A DNA stretch of 64,000 nucleotides from an uncultured Fibrobacterota bacterium (lineage in GTDB: Bacteria; Fibrobacterota; Chitinivibrionia; Chitinivibrionales; FEN-1185). The notes beneath the pieces are model-generated. The model was not told where the DNA came from. It ran no database searches and was given only the letters and a program-made list of their open reading frames with translations. The stretch lies in contig CAVSQB010000019.1 in the NCBI GenBank assembly GCA_963729895.1, positions 160,001 to 224,000 on the forward strand, written 5' to 3'. The position numbers and the translations under genes are program-made. This document shows positions 1-9,723 of the stretch, one piece after another; within the stretch, counting starts at the first letter, position 1, and every line of letters starts with the position of its first letter.

Positions 1-1186
1 ATTCTCATGCTGCCCCCACCGTTTGCGGCATCAACTTAACCATGCGTATCAAGTTGTACGCTGCGGCAACCACGTAGGCAACAGTCTGGTTGATTCGTAT
101 TCCTCTTACCCGAGTTTTCCGCAGGCCACCGACGCTCTTGATCCACCCAAATATCTCTTCAACCCGTTTTCGTTTCCTTTGACTTACGCTGTATCCCTTA
201 TGCCGAGTCGTTCTTCCATCCAACCCTTTAAGCGAAGTGTTGGCCTTCTCGGCAATGTGAGGCTTCACGTGCAGGCGTCGCAGGCTCTTGATAAATTCGG
301 TTGCATGATACCCTTTGTCTGCACCCACCGTCTTCATCCGGCGTTTTCCGCGCCTGCGTTCATGCTTTATCAGCTCAAGCGCCATATCCCGTTCCGCTGT
401 CCCCGTCGCTGGCGCAATGGCGATATCAACACACAACCCATTTCGGTTTTCCATCAGCACGTGACCGGAATACGCCAGCTGCGCTCCCGTTCTCTTGTTC
501 TTCCGAGCCAACAGCGCCTCTGGATCGGTCGAACTCTGATGTGTCTCATTGCTTCGCTTCTCATGGTGGAAATCAACCGACGGATTACTCCGATCATCGT
601 CAGTCTTGTTCGCCGATTCCGCGTCTTTTCGCTTGAAGCTCTTCATCGATGCCCAGGCTTCAATCAACGTGCCGTCAACCGTGAAATGCTCATCGGACAA
701 CAACTCTTCGGAACGAGCAAGACGCACGATTTCCTGCATCAGCCGGTGCGCAATCTCCTGTTCCATAAGTCGATCTCGGTTCTTCGAAAACACACTATGA
801 TCAAACGATGCCGCATCCAGATCCATGTCAAGAAACCATCGGAACAGAATGTTATAGTCCAGCATCTCGCAAAACAACCGGTCCGACCGTATCGAAAACA
901 AAGCCATCAATATCTGTGCTTTCAAAAGCCATTCCGGCGGTATCGAAGGGCGTCCCATCCGGCTGTACATCGCCTCAAAGTCACGAGAAAGGCGGCGCAG
1001 CGCTATGTCCGTAAACTGTTTGACACGACGAAGCGGGTGCGTTGCCGGCACTCGGGAATCCGGAGAAACGAAGCTGAACATACCGCCTTGGGCTGGCTGG
1101 GAACCTCTCATCAATACTCCTTGGTTGGGGTTCCCCTATAATATAAGGATAAATGTTTACAAAAGGGAGACTTTTTCAACACCCTG
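1..1186 (-). mobile_element. IS5-family insertion sequence, copy 1 (runs off the left edge of the window)
   Basis: Near-identical to the copies at 36316 and 49897; terminal IR GACTTTTTCAACACCCTG ends at 1186, followed by target CTAG at 1187-1190. Confidence 0.93.
5..1114 (-). CDS. IS5-family DDE transposase
   Basis: 369 aa; motifs GRPSIPPE, FTVDGTLIEA, GADKGY, RKRVEEIFGW. Confidence 0.93.
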   Translation of the reverse strand: MMRGSQPAQGGMFSFVSPDSRVPATHPLRRVKQFTDIALRRLSRDFEAMYSRMGRPSIPPEWLLKAQILMALFSIRSDRLFCEMLDYNILFRWFLDMDLDAASFDHSVFSKNRDRLMEQEIAHRLMQEIVRLARSEELLSDEHFTVDGTLIEAWASMKSFKRKDAESANKTDDDRSNPSVDFHHEKRSNETHQSSTDPEALLARKNKRTGAQLAYSGHVLMENRNGLCVDIAIAPATGTAERDMALELIKHERRRGKRRMKTVGADKGYHATEFIKSLRRLHVKPHIAEKANTSLKGLDGRTTRHKGYSVSQRKRKRVEEIFGWIKSVGGLRKTRVRGIRINQTVAYVVAAAYNLIRMVKLMPQTVGAA

Positions 1187-3241
1187 CTAGGCCGCGCCGC
1201 TCGCAGCGGCTTTCTCATCTTCCTTCGGTTTTCCCTGGCCGGCGTCGGTCTTCTTGACAACCGACCTGGTCTTTTTCGGCGATTCGAAGGGAAGGCCTTT
1301 GATGATCTTGAGAATCTCCTCCCGTTCGAGCAGTTCGAATTCGAGGAGCGCATTTGCAAGCCGGTCGAGCTCGTCGCGATGGGACGTGAGGATGTCCTTT
1401 GCGCGGGCGTACTGCTCCTCAACGATGTTCCGCATCAGACTGTCGATGACTTCCGCAGTGCGTTCGGAGTAGTCGCGCCGCCTGTTGAATTCCCTGCCCA
1501 GAAAGATCTGCTCATCCTTTTCGCCGTAGGAAAGCGGGCCGAGCTCGCCGGTCATGCCGTAGTCGCAAATGAGTTTGCGGACGATGTCGGTGGCTTGTTT
1601 GATGTCGTTGGCCGCGCCCGTGGTCATCGTGGAAAATACCAGTTCCTCCGCCACCCTTCCGCCCATGCAAATGCAGATCCGGTCGATGATGAAATCCCTG
1701 GTGTAACTGTGCTTGTCTTCGCCCGGCAGAGAATAGGTGACGCCCAGTGCCCTGCCGCGCGGGATGATGGTCACTTTGTGCAGCGGGTCGGCTTCTTTAC
1801 AATAGATATTGCAGATGGCATGGCCCGCCTCGTGATACGCCGTTTTGCGCTTTTCGTCGTCGGACAGCACCATGCTCTTGCGCTCCACGCCCATGAGCAC
1901 CTTGTCTTTCGCCTCCTCAAAGTCGAGCATGGTGACCTTTTCCTGGCCGAACCGGGCCGCCATAAGCGCGGCCTCGTTCACCAGGTTGGCAAGGTCGGCG
2001 CCGACAAACCCCGGGGTGCCTTTGGCGATGGTGAGCAGGTCGACGTCCGCGGCAAGCGGGATACTGCGCACGTGGACCTTGAGGATGCCTTCCCTGCCCT
2101 TGATGTCCGGTACGTCAACCACAATCTGCCTGTCGAACCGGCCGGGACGCAGAAGGGCCGGGTCGAGCACGTCGGGCCTGTTGGTGGCGGCGATGAGGAT
2201 GACGCCGGAATTCACCTCGAACCCGTCCATTTCAACGAGGATCTGGTTGAGGGTCTGTTCCCGCTCGTCGTGGCCGCCGCCCAGCCCCGCGCCGCGCTGC
2301 CTTCCCACTGCGTCAATTTCGTCGATGAAGATGATGCACGGGGAATTGCGCTTTGCGGTATCGAACAGGTCCCTCACCCGGGAAGCGCCCACGCCCACGA
2401 ACATTTCCACGAAGTCCGATCCGCTCATTGACAAAAAGGGTACTCCGGCCTCGCCTGCAACGCACCGAGCAAGCAGCGTTTTCCCCGTTCCCGGGGGCCC
2501 GAGCAGGAGGACGCCTTTGGGTATCTTTCCGCCGAGCCGCTTGAACTTCTGCGGGTTCTTGAGGAACTCGATTATTTCTTCCAGCTCGGCCTTTGCCTCG
2601 TCGAGGCCGGCGGCGTCGGCAAAGGTGTTTTGCGGCCTGTCCATCGCGTGCAGTTTGGCCTTGCTCTTACCAAAGGAGAAAATTCCCTTCTGGCCGGCCT
2701 GCATCTGCCTGAGCATGAACATCCAGATGAGGACCATGGGCAGCAGCCAGAACAGGTTGCTCCAGATCATGTCTCCCCAGTTGAATTTTTCGGGCAAAAA
2801 AGAGTACGCGATGCCCCGGGCGTCCCAGTCTTTTAGCATCGAGGAGTCCAGGAACGGAAGGATGACGGTAAACGACTTTGCGCCGGCCGCCTGTTTTTGC
2901 CCGGCGACCTTGAGAAGCGCATTGGGGTTCGAAACTTCGCCGTGCGCCACCGCGCGGTTTATCCCTTTGAGGGAGATTTCCATTTTCAGGTTCTTTGCGT
3001 CCGGGGAGGCAATGAGCTCCTGAAACTGCGTGTAGGTAAGGGTCTGCTCACGCATGTCGCCGCTTTTCTGGATAAAACGCAGACCAAAAAATACGGTGAG
3101 AATGAGCAGCATCCACATGGCGATAGACCGTGTGGGCTCGTTAAGACCCGGCTTCCTGCCGCCCTTGTCGCCTTGGGCGCCGCGCCTCTTGGCCGGCTTT
3201 TTTGCGTTTCCGCCGGATTTCTTCTTGTCTAAGTTAAGCAA
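1187..3241 (-). CDS. ftsH: ATP-dependent zinc metalloprotease FtsH
   Basis: Two TM segments, Walker A GPPGTGKT, Walker [35 protein letters not shown] zinc motif. Confidence 0.98.
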   Translation of the reverse strand: MLNLDKKKSGGNAKKPAKRRGAQGDKGGRKPGLNEPTRSIAMWMLLILTVFFGLRFIQKSGDMREQTLTYTQFQELIASPDAKNLKMEISLKGINRAVAHGEVSNPNALLKVAGQKQAAGAKSFTVILPFLDSSMLKDWDARGIAYSFLPEKFNWGDMIWSNLFWLLPMVLIWMFMLRQMQAGQKGIFSFGKSKAKLHAMDRPQNTFADAAGLDEAKAELEEIIEFLKNPQKFKRLGGKIPKGVLLLGPPGTGKTLLARCVAGEAGVPFLSMSGSDFVEMFVGVGASRVRDLFDTAKRNSPCIIFIDEIDAVGRQRGAGLGGGHDEREQTLNQILVEMDGFEVNSGVILIAATNRPDVLDPALLRPGRFDRQIVVDVPDIKGREGILKVHVRSIPLAADVDLLTIAKGTPGFVGADLANLVNEAALMAARFGQEKVTMLDFEEAKDKVLMGVERKSMVLSDDEKRKTAYHEAGHAICNIYCKEADPLHKVTIIPRGRALGVTYSLPGEDKHSYTRDFIIDRICICMGGRVAEELVFSTMTTGAANDIKQATDIVRKLICDYGMTGELGPLSYGEKDEQIFLGREFNRRRDYSERTAEVIDSLMRNIVEEQYARAKDILTSHRDELDRLANALLEFELLEREEILKIIKGLPFESPKKTRSVVKKTDAGQGKPKEDEKAAASGAA

Positions 3242-3311
3242 CGATGGCCTCCTGCCGAACCTTCAAATGGTACTATAGTGGAACCGATTGCGGACAATAA
3301 AAATATATCCT

Positions 3312-4691
3312 TTATGCTATGGCCTTGTACGAAATCTTGAGCACCGATCTTGTCTCAGGGGTTATCCGGCACGCGTGGCTGGTCCTTAGTCCCATGACCC
3401 ACAGAATCTCACCGTCTTTGGAGGCTACTACTCCGGTTTTTGCCCTTTCGCCTCTTGGAACCCTTTGTTTTTTAAGGAAGATGTTACAGTCCACGTATCC
3501 TTTGGCGCCGTACGGCCAGAACCGATCGCCTTTTCTCACCGGCCTGAACTCGAGGGGCCCGCGGCATTTTCCCGCATCAAGAAACGCGGTTGCCGGGTCG
3601 GAGAACTCCGCTTGCCGGACTTTCCTGCCCTGGAACCTCAAAGCCTCAAACCGGCATTTTCTCTCTTTGCAAACAGTGACTCCCGGCACCCGCAGCCTCG
3701 TGCGGAACGTATTCTCCACCCTTGGGCGGAGGCCGAAGGAGAACTCAACCGTTTCCCTGTTCCACAAATACCTCGCTCCTCCGGGCAGAAGAAACTCGCC
3801 GCTGTGCCGGCCCCGGTTCCTGATGATCTCATCGATATGAAGGCGGTCGAATCCGGCGCGCTTTTCCCTTAACAAAGACGCCATCGCCTCAGCCGCGACA
3901 GCTTCGGCGCGCAACCCATCCTTCTTTACCGAAAAGCCGCCCATGTCCGCTGACACTACGTTGTCATCAATCCATTTATTTATTATTGGACGGACGATCG
4001 CCGAAATGCCCTGGGCGTTTGCCGCCAGCGCCGCAATATGCGCTGTGGCGCCCGGTTCGTTTTGCTCAAGCAGGGGAAGCACTGCGTGACGGACCCAGTT
4101 GCGGGCATACGAGATGTCGGCGTTGGTCGAGTCTTCCTGGAACGAAAACTTACGGCGTGAAAGCCAGTTCCGGAGTGATGCCCTGCCCGTGTGCAGCAGG
4201 GGCCGAATGACGCCGTCTTCACGTTTGGGCGCAATGCCGCACAGTCCGGTGAGTCCGGAGCCGCGCATCAGCCGCAACAGGACCGTTTCGGCCTGGTCGT
4301 CGGCGGTGTGGGCGGTTGCAACGTAGTCGTAGCCGTTTGCGCGGCGGACTGCATTGAAAAACGCGTACCGCTCGTTGCGCGCCCATTCTTCCTTCCCTGC
4401 AGCGGGAACATCTTTTTTGTCAAGCACGGTGAGGTGAAAAGCGGCGCCGGCATCGCGCGCGAGACGCCGCACGAACGCGGCGTCTTTGCCCGAGGCGCCC
4501 GGACGGATGTTGTGATTTACATGCGCAACGCCGATCCTGGCGATGGAAAGCCTGCCGCGCAGCTCGCACAGCAGGTGCAGCAGCGCCACCGAGTCTCCGC
4601 CGCCGCTGACGGCGACGCACACCGAGCACGGCGCGGTGCAATGGCGGCTGAAAAAATCTTCAATGGTTTCGTCAAGGTTGTGGTACCGCAT
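3312..4691 (-). CDS. tilS: tRNA(Ile)-lysidine synthetase
   Basis: PP-loop AVSGGGDS, AHTADDQAET, RPLL, RNWVR; adjacent to ftsH; start placed at ATG 4691 because the longer ORF runs into the att repeat. Confidence 0.95.
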   Translation of the reverse strand: MRYHNLDETIEDFFSRHCTAPCSVCVAVSGGGDSVALLHLLCELRGRLSIARIGVAHVNHNIRPGASGKDAAFVRRLARDAGAAFHLTVLDKKDVPAAGKEEWARNERYAFFNAVRRANGYDYVATAHTADDQAETVLLRLMRGSGLTGLCGIAPKREDGVIRPLLHTGRASLRNWLSRRKFSFQEDSTNADISYARNWVRHAVLPLLEQNEPGATAHIAALAANAQGISAIVRPIINKWIDDNVVSADMGGFSVKKDGLRAEAVAAEAMASLLREKRAGFDRLHIDEIIRNRGRHSGEFLLPGGARYLWNRETVEFSFGLRPRVENTFRTRLRVPGVTVCKERKCRFEALRFQGRKVRQAEFSDPATAFLDAGKCRGPLEFRPVRKGDRFWPYGAKGYVDCNIFLKKQRVPRGERAKTGVVASKDGEILWVMGLRTSHACRITPETRSVLKISYKAIA

Positions 4692-4732
4692 AGACAACAG
4701 CGTACGGGAAGCGGCGCGGAGGGAAGAAGTAG

Positions 4733-4783
4733 TGCCAGCGCAGAGATTCGAACTCCGGACACGTGGATTATGATTCCACTGCT
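4733..4783 (-). repeat. att repeat: displaced 3' fragment of tRNA-Met
   Basis: 51-bp direct repeat of 22743-22793 with one mismatch (4762 vs 22772). Confidence 0.95.
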
Positions 4784-5877
4784 GACAATTGTTTATCGCT
4801 ATGATTGATAGCGTTTTGCATTGACTCACTACCTTCAAGTGTACCAATAAGTGTACCATTTTCCTTGAAATCTATCGACTTTGCCGCGTTCATTTCATTC
4901 CTGCCGAAGTAGACCTTCGACATATCCGTCGCATGGCCGGACACCTGCATGACTATATGCGGTGCATTGCCCTTTAAGAGAAGATCGGTATAGGCACCGC
5001 GTCTCTGGTCATGGAAGCGATAGTTCTCAATGCCTGCGGTCTTAAGGCATTTCATCCATGACTTGCGGAAGTTTCCTATCGGAAGATACCGCGCTCCCTT
5101 TTGCCGATAAAACAACCATTCACTCTCTTTGGGTACGTTTCGCATGTAGCTGACAAGGCACTCAGGTACGGGCTTAATGCAGGGCCGCTTCATCTTTGTT
5201 TTCTCTGCCGGAATGATTACCACGTTGTTGACCATATCGTAATCGGTCCTTTTCAACGTGGACAGTTCACCTCGACGGGAAGGAATAAGGAGACTGAAAA
5301 GTATTATCGGGAAAATATACGGTGCCTCTTTTCTTACCGCGTCGATCAACCGTATCTTTTCCGCATCATTCAACATTCGATCACGCGGATGTGTAGAAAG
5401 TTTCTGGAAATGCTGCAAGGGGTTCTTTTCGATCAGACCCGCCCGCAATGCACAATTGACCGCCACTTTTGCCCAGGCCATATATCGGTTTATTGTGGCA
5501 TTCGACAAGAAACGAGTAGTATGCTTCACTTTCGTTTTTCTTAGAAGCAAAAGGTATCTGTCGAACTTGTCCCGCAATTCCGATAATTGCACGTTCCCCA
5601 AATCACTCTTTAATTTTTCCAGATAGGTTTCTGAATGAGAATCAATGGTATTTCTGGCGAGGTAATAGTCGATGATGTGCTTGAAAGTAGTGTTGTATGA
5701 GAAAGAGCGTTGACCGTTTTTCGCTGCGGTTTGCAGTTCTTCCTTTAATGCGTGGTATCGACGATCTGCATTTTTCCGGCACCCGGTGAAATTTTCCCGC
5801 TGCCGGTATTGCCTGCCGTCCTTAAATACCCTGGCATCAAGATAGAACTGGTCCGCGCCGATCTGCTTAATACTCAT
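4768..5877 (-). CDS. Tyrosine recombinase (integrase)
   Basis: Catalytic set R (SRRGE), K (KTK), HxxR (HDQRR), H (SGH), Y (KVY); abuts the att repeat. Confidence 0.93.
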   Translation of the reverse strand: MSIKQIGADQFYLDARVFKDGRQYRQRENFTGCRKNADRRYHALKEELQTAAKNGQRSFSYNTTFKHIIDYYLARNTIDSHSETYLEKLKSDLGNVQLSELRDKFDRYLLLLRKTKVKHTTRFLSNATINRYMAWAKVAVNCALRAGLIEKNPLQHFQKLSTHPRDRMLNDAEKIRLIDAVRKEAPYIFPIILFSLLIPSRRGELSTLKRTDYDMVNNVVIIPAEKTKMKRPCIKPVPECLVSYMRNVPKESEWLFYRQKGARYLPIGNFRKSWMKCLKTAGIENYRFHDQRRGAYTDLLLKGNAPHIVMQVSGHATDMSKVYFGRNEMNAAKSIDFKENGTLIGTLEGSESMQNAINHSDKQLSAVES

Positions 5878-5952
5878 GGAAGAAATTCCTTTCTTCCACG
5901 AATATCATCACACACATATAATATACTACAAAAGCACATAAAACAGTTCGAT

Positions 5953-6243
5953 CTACCTTTTCGCCATAGGGGAAAGCAATTGCCCGGACAAAAGCCGCTT
6001 ATTGATCTCTAGCGACGGATAACGCCAATGGTAGCCGCATTTAGTCGCCGGGATTCTGCGCTGCATTGTCCATTTTTGGACGGCTCCCAGGCTCACCGAT
6101 AGCTTGCGGGCAACCTGGCCCGCTGTCAGATATTCCGGCTCCCCCGCTTCCCTTTCTTCCCGCCCTGCCGGTTCATCCGGGCAAGAGAAGGCTTCATTTG
6201 TCCCGTCGCCCTCATGCCGGGCCGTCGTTGTCGTTTCATTCAT
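5953..6243 (-). CDS. Excisionase-like HTH protein
   Basis: YLTAGQVARKLSVSLGAVQKW...IPATKCGYHWRY matches the HTH_17/Xis pattern; directly upstream of the integrase. Confidence 0.8.
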   Translation of the reverse strand: MNETTTTARHEGDGTNEAFSCPDEPAGREEREAGEPEYLTAGQVARKLSVSLGAVQKWTMQRRIPATKCGYHWRYPSLEINKRLLSGQLLSPMAKR

Positions 6244-6357
6244 ACATTTACCCCTTTTTAAGAAATTCTAAGAACTGCCTTTTCTGTTTGATTTTCGACA
6301 ATATTTTTTGTTAAGTTTACATAATACGAAATTATGCGTCATGTTAAATAGCGTTTG

Positions 6358-7293
6358 TCAATGTGCCATGCAATAGCAAACGCCGTGCGCATGGATTTCA
6401 AGCGCCGTCAATGCCCGTACTGATGCTTGTAATGTGAAATTTGTTGTGGTCACGTCATCCAAGACAAAGACCACCTTCCCGATCCATTTCTCCACGCCGG
6501 GCAAAACTTCAATGTCCGGGTGCGCCGCGAACCGCCCCCGTGATTTCTTGTCCCAAGCCGCGAACATTGGCACGAACTCAAAGCCGAAATGCGCGGCAAC
6601 CTTCTGACACGTGAACTGCATTACATGAGGTTTGTCCTGGTTCCTGATGGAACGCGGGGCCATTGTAATGGCGTGGACCGTGCCGAAGCGGTTGTTTGAT
6701 TCGAAGAATTCTATGAATTTTGGAGTAATTCTTTCGGCCAGGGCTTCGGGGTTCGCTTCCTTGTCAACAATGAAAGCCGCCCACTCTTGCGGCTCCATGT
6801 AGCGTTTTAACCGCAATGCGAATGAGCCAAGGGACACTCGCTTTATGTGAAACGGTCCCTTTCCGATCTGTCGGCCTTCCGGTTCCTCTCGTTCTTCCTT
6901 GTCGTTTTCGGCCTGTTCATCCTCTCCGGGAAAGAACAGACTTGGGCGAATTATCTTGACGGGTTTTCCTGCCTTGACTGCCCGTTTTACCGTATCGAAC
7001 GTTCCGCCCGACTCCTTTTCCGAAAACGCAACAAGCATGTCGCATCCATCTGCTATTCTTTGATTCCTCTCGTAGTATCGCTTTACATACTCGTGGCGTT
7101 CGTTGCATCCTTCAAGGTTTGGAAAGATTTCTTCGACGGCCAGCCCGTTCTTGCGGGCATATTCAGCCGCCGCCGTGTCCGCGCCCCTCGCCCCGCCGCT
7201 TACGATGCTAACCCCTTTCGGAAGGTCCCGAATGAACCATTCTATGATTTTGGGCTGGGGAAATGTGCGACTTCCGACAATTCCGATTTTCAT
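6358..7293 (-). CDS. SLOG (DprA/YspA-like) domain fused to a phosphoribosyltransferase-like domain
   Basis: N-terminal IGIVGSR, IVSGGARGAD, RN, SGGT; C-terminal VFVLDDVTTT resembles a PRPP-binding loop. Confidence 0.7.
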   Translation of the reverse strand: MKIGIVGSRTFPQPKIIEWFIRDLPKGVSIVSGGARGADTAAAEYARKNGLAVEEIFPNLEGCNERHEYVKRYYERNQRIADGCDMLVAFSEKESGGTFDTVKRAVKAGKPVKIIRPSLFFPGEDEQAENDKEEREEPEGRQIGKGPFHIKRVSLGSFALRLKRYMEPQEWAAFIVDKEANPEALAERITPKFIEFFESNNRFGTVHAITMAPRSIRNQDKPHVMQFTCQKVAAHFGFEFVPMFAAWDKKSRGRFAAHPDIEVLPGVEKWIGKVVFVLDDVTTTNFTLQASVRALTALEIHAHGVCYCMAH

Positions 7294-7330
7294 AGGTAAC
7301 CCACCACAGTACGATTGATTGTTTTATGTT

Positions 7331-7828
7331 TCATTTTCCCGGCATTACTTGTTTTACTTTTTCAAAGCTGGTTCCCAAATTGCGCGCCAATAGGCGGTAC
7401 AGGCCGTCGAATTTGTGGCTTTCGTTACAGCTCTGATAGGTCAGGTTGTAGCATTTCCGGCAGCCGAAATAGAGGGCACCGTTGGGCAGGTAAAGCTTTT
7501 CCACCATCCGCCCGCAACCACGCAAGGGGCATGTGAACCAGTATCGGAGGCCACCCTTGGGTTGTCGGGTGGTAGTAAGCGTTATGGGATAATTCACTTT
7601 CTCGGTTTCTCGCAGGGTGTAGTAAACGTTCAAGATATTCCCCCGCAATGAGTACCCTATTTCTGCGTACTTTTCCTCGTTTCTACTCCACCAGATAGTA
7701 CCGGAAAAAGGACACCCTTCCGCCATTTTGATTAGTTTCGGGAGAATATTGGGACCGCCGATCACATGGCAATCATTCACCTTGCACCTTGCCGCCCCCA
7801 ACCGCCTGCCTGAACCGTACCCGCCCAT
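7331..7828 (-). CDS. Hypothetical protein with MGGYGSGR N-terminus and Cys-rich (zinc-ribbon-like) C-terminus
   Basis: WFTCPLRGCGR...FGCRKCYNLTY; co-oriented with the island core genes. Confidence 0.65.
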   Translation of the reverse strand: MGGYGSGRRLGAARCKVNDCHVIGGPNILPKLIKMAEGCPFSGTIWWSRNEEKYAEIGYSLRGNILNVYYTLRETEKVNYPITLTTTRQPKGGLRYWFTCPLRGCGRMVEKLYLPNGALYFGCRKCYNLTYQSCNESHKFDGLYRLLARNLGTSFEKVKQVMPGK

Positions 7829-7952
7829 ATTTTTTCCCTAGCCTTGTGGATTTACCTAAATAGTGATGCTTTTCCGGTTTCTCATTATGTTCGCGCGCGC
7901 CTGCGCGTATTGGTCTCCAAAATGTCGTTCTCGGCAAAGAACCGGTAAAGAA

Positions 7953-8378
7953 TCAGTCAATTTTGAGCGTCTTCTCCGTCCCGTCATCAAACAAATTGAG
8001 AAGGTTTTTACCTTCCACGAAACCGGTGTATGCCGTTACTTCCTTTGCGCGCTGCGCAAGGGTTTCTTCGAGGTCTCGCTTCATACTCAGAAGGTCTTTG
8101 AGACTCTCCCCGGTCAAGTCTTTGCTCTCAATAGCCTTGATCACCTTCTCAAGCTGCAAGGCGGTTTCTTCGATCTTTGCGCGCCGGTTTAGTCTGTGCT
8201 GCTCAAGAAGTGCCTGCAAATCCATATATTCCGCCGTTGATATTTCCTTGTGAAATTCCCCCGCCCATTTTATCAGCGTCGGTTTCGAGACGCCCATCTC
8301 CAAGGCGATTTTCTCAAAGCTCAATCCCCGCGCCCGGAGTTCAACAAATCGTTCCTGTTCTTCTTTTGTGTACGCCAT
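7953..8378 (-). CDS. HTH protein with coiled-coil C-terminus
   Basis: RARGLSFEKIALEMGVSKPTLIKW HTH; AGGAAG RBS upstream. Confidence 0.7.
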   Translation of the reverse strand: MAYTKEEQERFVELRARGLSFEKIALEMGVSKPTLIKWAGEFHKEISTAEYMDLQALLEQHRLNRRAKIEETALQLEKVIKAIESKDLTGESLKDLLSMKRDLEETLAQRAKEVTAYTGFVEGKNLLNLFDDGTEKTLKID

Positions 8379-8399
8379 GAGATACTTCCTTTTCTATTC

Positions 8400-8550
8400 T
8401 GTGAAGGTTTTCGGCTTTTCAAAGACCTTTTCGCAAAGGTGATTTCTCCGAAAAGGTCACTACTAAAAGCATTATTTTTTCACTGTTTTAGCCACTTTCG
8501 ACCTTTTCAGTTTTTCAACCCGTTAGGAGAACCGAAAAACGCAAAGGTCA
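8400..8550. promoter_or_regulatory. Putative replication origin (iteron cluster) of the element
   Basis: GACCTTT(T/G)C motif in both orientations at 8424, 8433, 8450, 8500 and 8541 around an AT-rich core, immediately downstream of the helicase gene. Confidence 0.5.
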
Positions 8551-9723
8551 AACCGTTCGGGGAATATCGTATTGTTTTTTGCCCCGCCCGCCATCTGTTT
8601 CGATTATCAATCCCGCCTCGACCGCATTTTGGATAGCCGCCCGTGCCTTGTGAAAAGACAGCTTGGCGGAAAGGGCCTTTATCAAATCCGCTTTGAATAT
8701 CATCGGCCTTGCCTGCACTACCTCGACCACCGCCGCCATGTCCACCGCTTCACGCTTTGCCTTGCGCTCCTCGCTTGATGACTTGGGCTTCATGTCGGTA
8801 AGCTCGAAGCTCCAGCCGTCGCGGCGCAAGATGATAGGTTCCTGCATGGCCGTGTAGTTGCTTTTGGAATGCGTCACCATGAGGTACTTCGACCGTTCAG
8901 CCTCGTCTATGCCGTTTTGTCCAGCGACATCGGGGGTCATCGGTTGAAGGTACAGACCGAAGCGTAGACAGTCCAGAAACGCCGATTCCCCGCGTTGTGC
9001 GGCACCCGCGTGTGAATCACCATCGTATGAGTTCTTGTTGGTATGGTGAAGGATAAGGACTGTTGCGCCGAAATCCGCCGCCAATTTTTCGTAGTGGGCC
9101 ACCTCTTGCGACACAACGGCATTGCCCGCGCCTTCCGCACCGCTCAAACGGCTCCGGGTGTCGAATATGACCAGCTTCACGCCGCCAGCCTGCACGGTGG
9201 CATAAATGCGCTTGTATTCATCCGTGGTGGAAATGGAAGTGCTCTTAACATCAAATAGCTGTTTTGCCGATCCCCAAAGATTTACCAGAAAAAGGTTTTG
9301 CCCGGCAAGGGCAAGAATGGTTTCTGCGTCTTCGCCGATCTCTTCGGCAATGGACGCGGCCAGCCCGTGTATACGCTTGTGGAGCACTTCGTCGGGTTCT
9401 TCCGCGCTGAAATAGAGAACTTTCCCGCCTGCCTGGACCTTATACTTCCCTAGCCATTTTGTTTTGAAGGTTTCGGCAATGGCAACGCGCAACGACAGAT
9501 CAAGCGCAAGGGTGCTCTTGCCCGTTCCGCCCGCGCTGTAAATGGTCCCTGCAATACCTTGCGGAATGAGTTCATCCACAAGAAAACGCGTAGGCTTCGG
9601 CTCTCCCTTGAAGCGTTCGATAGACCACCGCGTCAAATCATACGGTTCAACGGGTGCCGCTGCCGGTTGCCCGGATTCCATCTCCATGTTTACTTCCTGT
9701 ACAAGTGTGTCAATGCCATTCAT
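8548..9723 (-). CDS. AAA_25/RepA-type (SF4-like) replicative helicase
   Basis: Walker A AGGTGKS, YFSAEE, LVIFDT, LILHHTNK, QRGESA. Confidence 0.85.
   Translation of the reverse strand: MNGIDTLVQEVNMEMESGQPAAAPVEPYDLTRWSIERFKGEPKPTRFLVDELIPQGIAGTIYSAGGTGKSTLALDLSLRVAIAETFKTKWLGKYKVQAGGKVLYFSAEEPDEVLHKRIHGLAASIAEEIGEDAETILALAGQNLFLVNLWGSAKQLFDVKSTSISTTDEYKRIYATVQAGGVKLVIFDTRSRLSGAEGAGNAVVSQEVAHYEKLAADFGATVLILHHTNKNSYDGDSHAGAAQRGESAFLDCLRFGLYLQPMTPDVAGQNGIDEAERSKYLMVTHSKSNYTAMQEPIILRRDGWSFELTDMKPKSSSEERKAKREAVDMAAVVEVVQARPMIFKADLIKALSAKLSFHKARAAIQNAVEAGLIIETDGGRGKKQYDIPRTV

Noticed and set aside
23..1141. Long antisense ORFs over the IS5 transposases (also 36361-37581 and 49942-51162)
   Set aside because: Shadows of the transposase gene, repeated only because the IS is repeated; no recognisable motifs
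1379..3023. Long + strand ORFs opposite ftsH (and similar ORFs opposite other GC-rich genes)
   Set aside because: Antisense artefacts of codon bias
4733..4783. Second tRNA gene
   Set aside because: Only the 3' part is present, without the 5' acceptor strand or a full D-arm; it is the att repeat
4692..4859. N-terminal extension of TilS in the ORF track
   Set aside because: Runs through the att repeat and the integrase 3' end; the ATG at 4691 fits the family better
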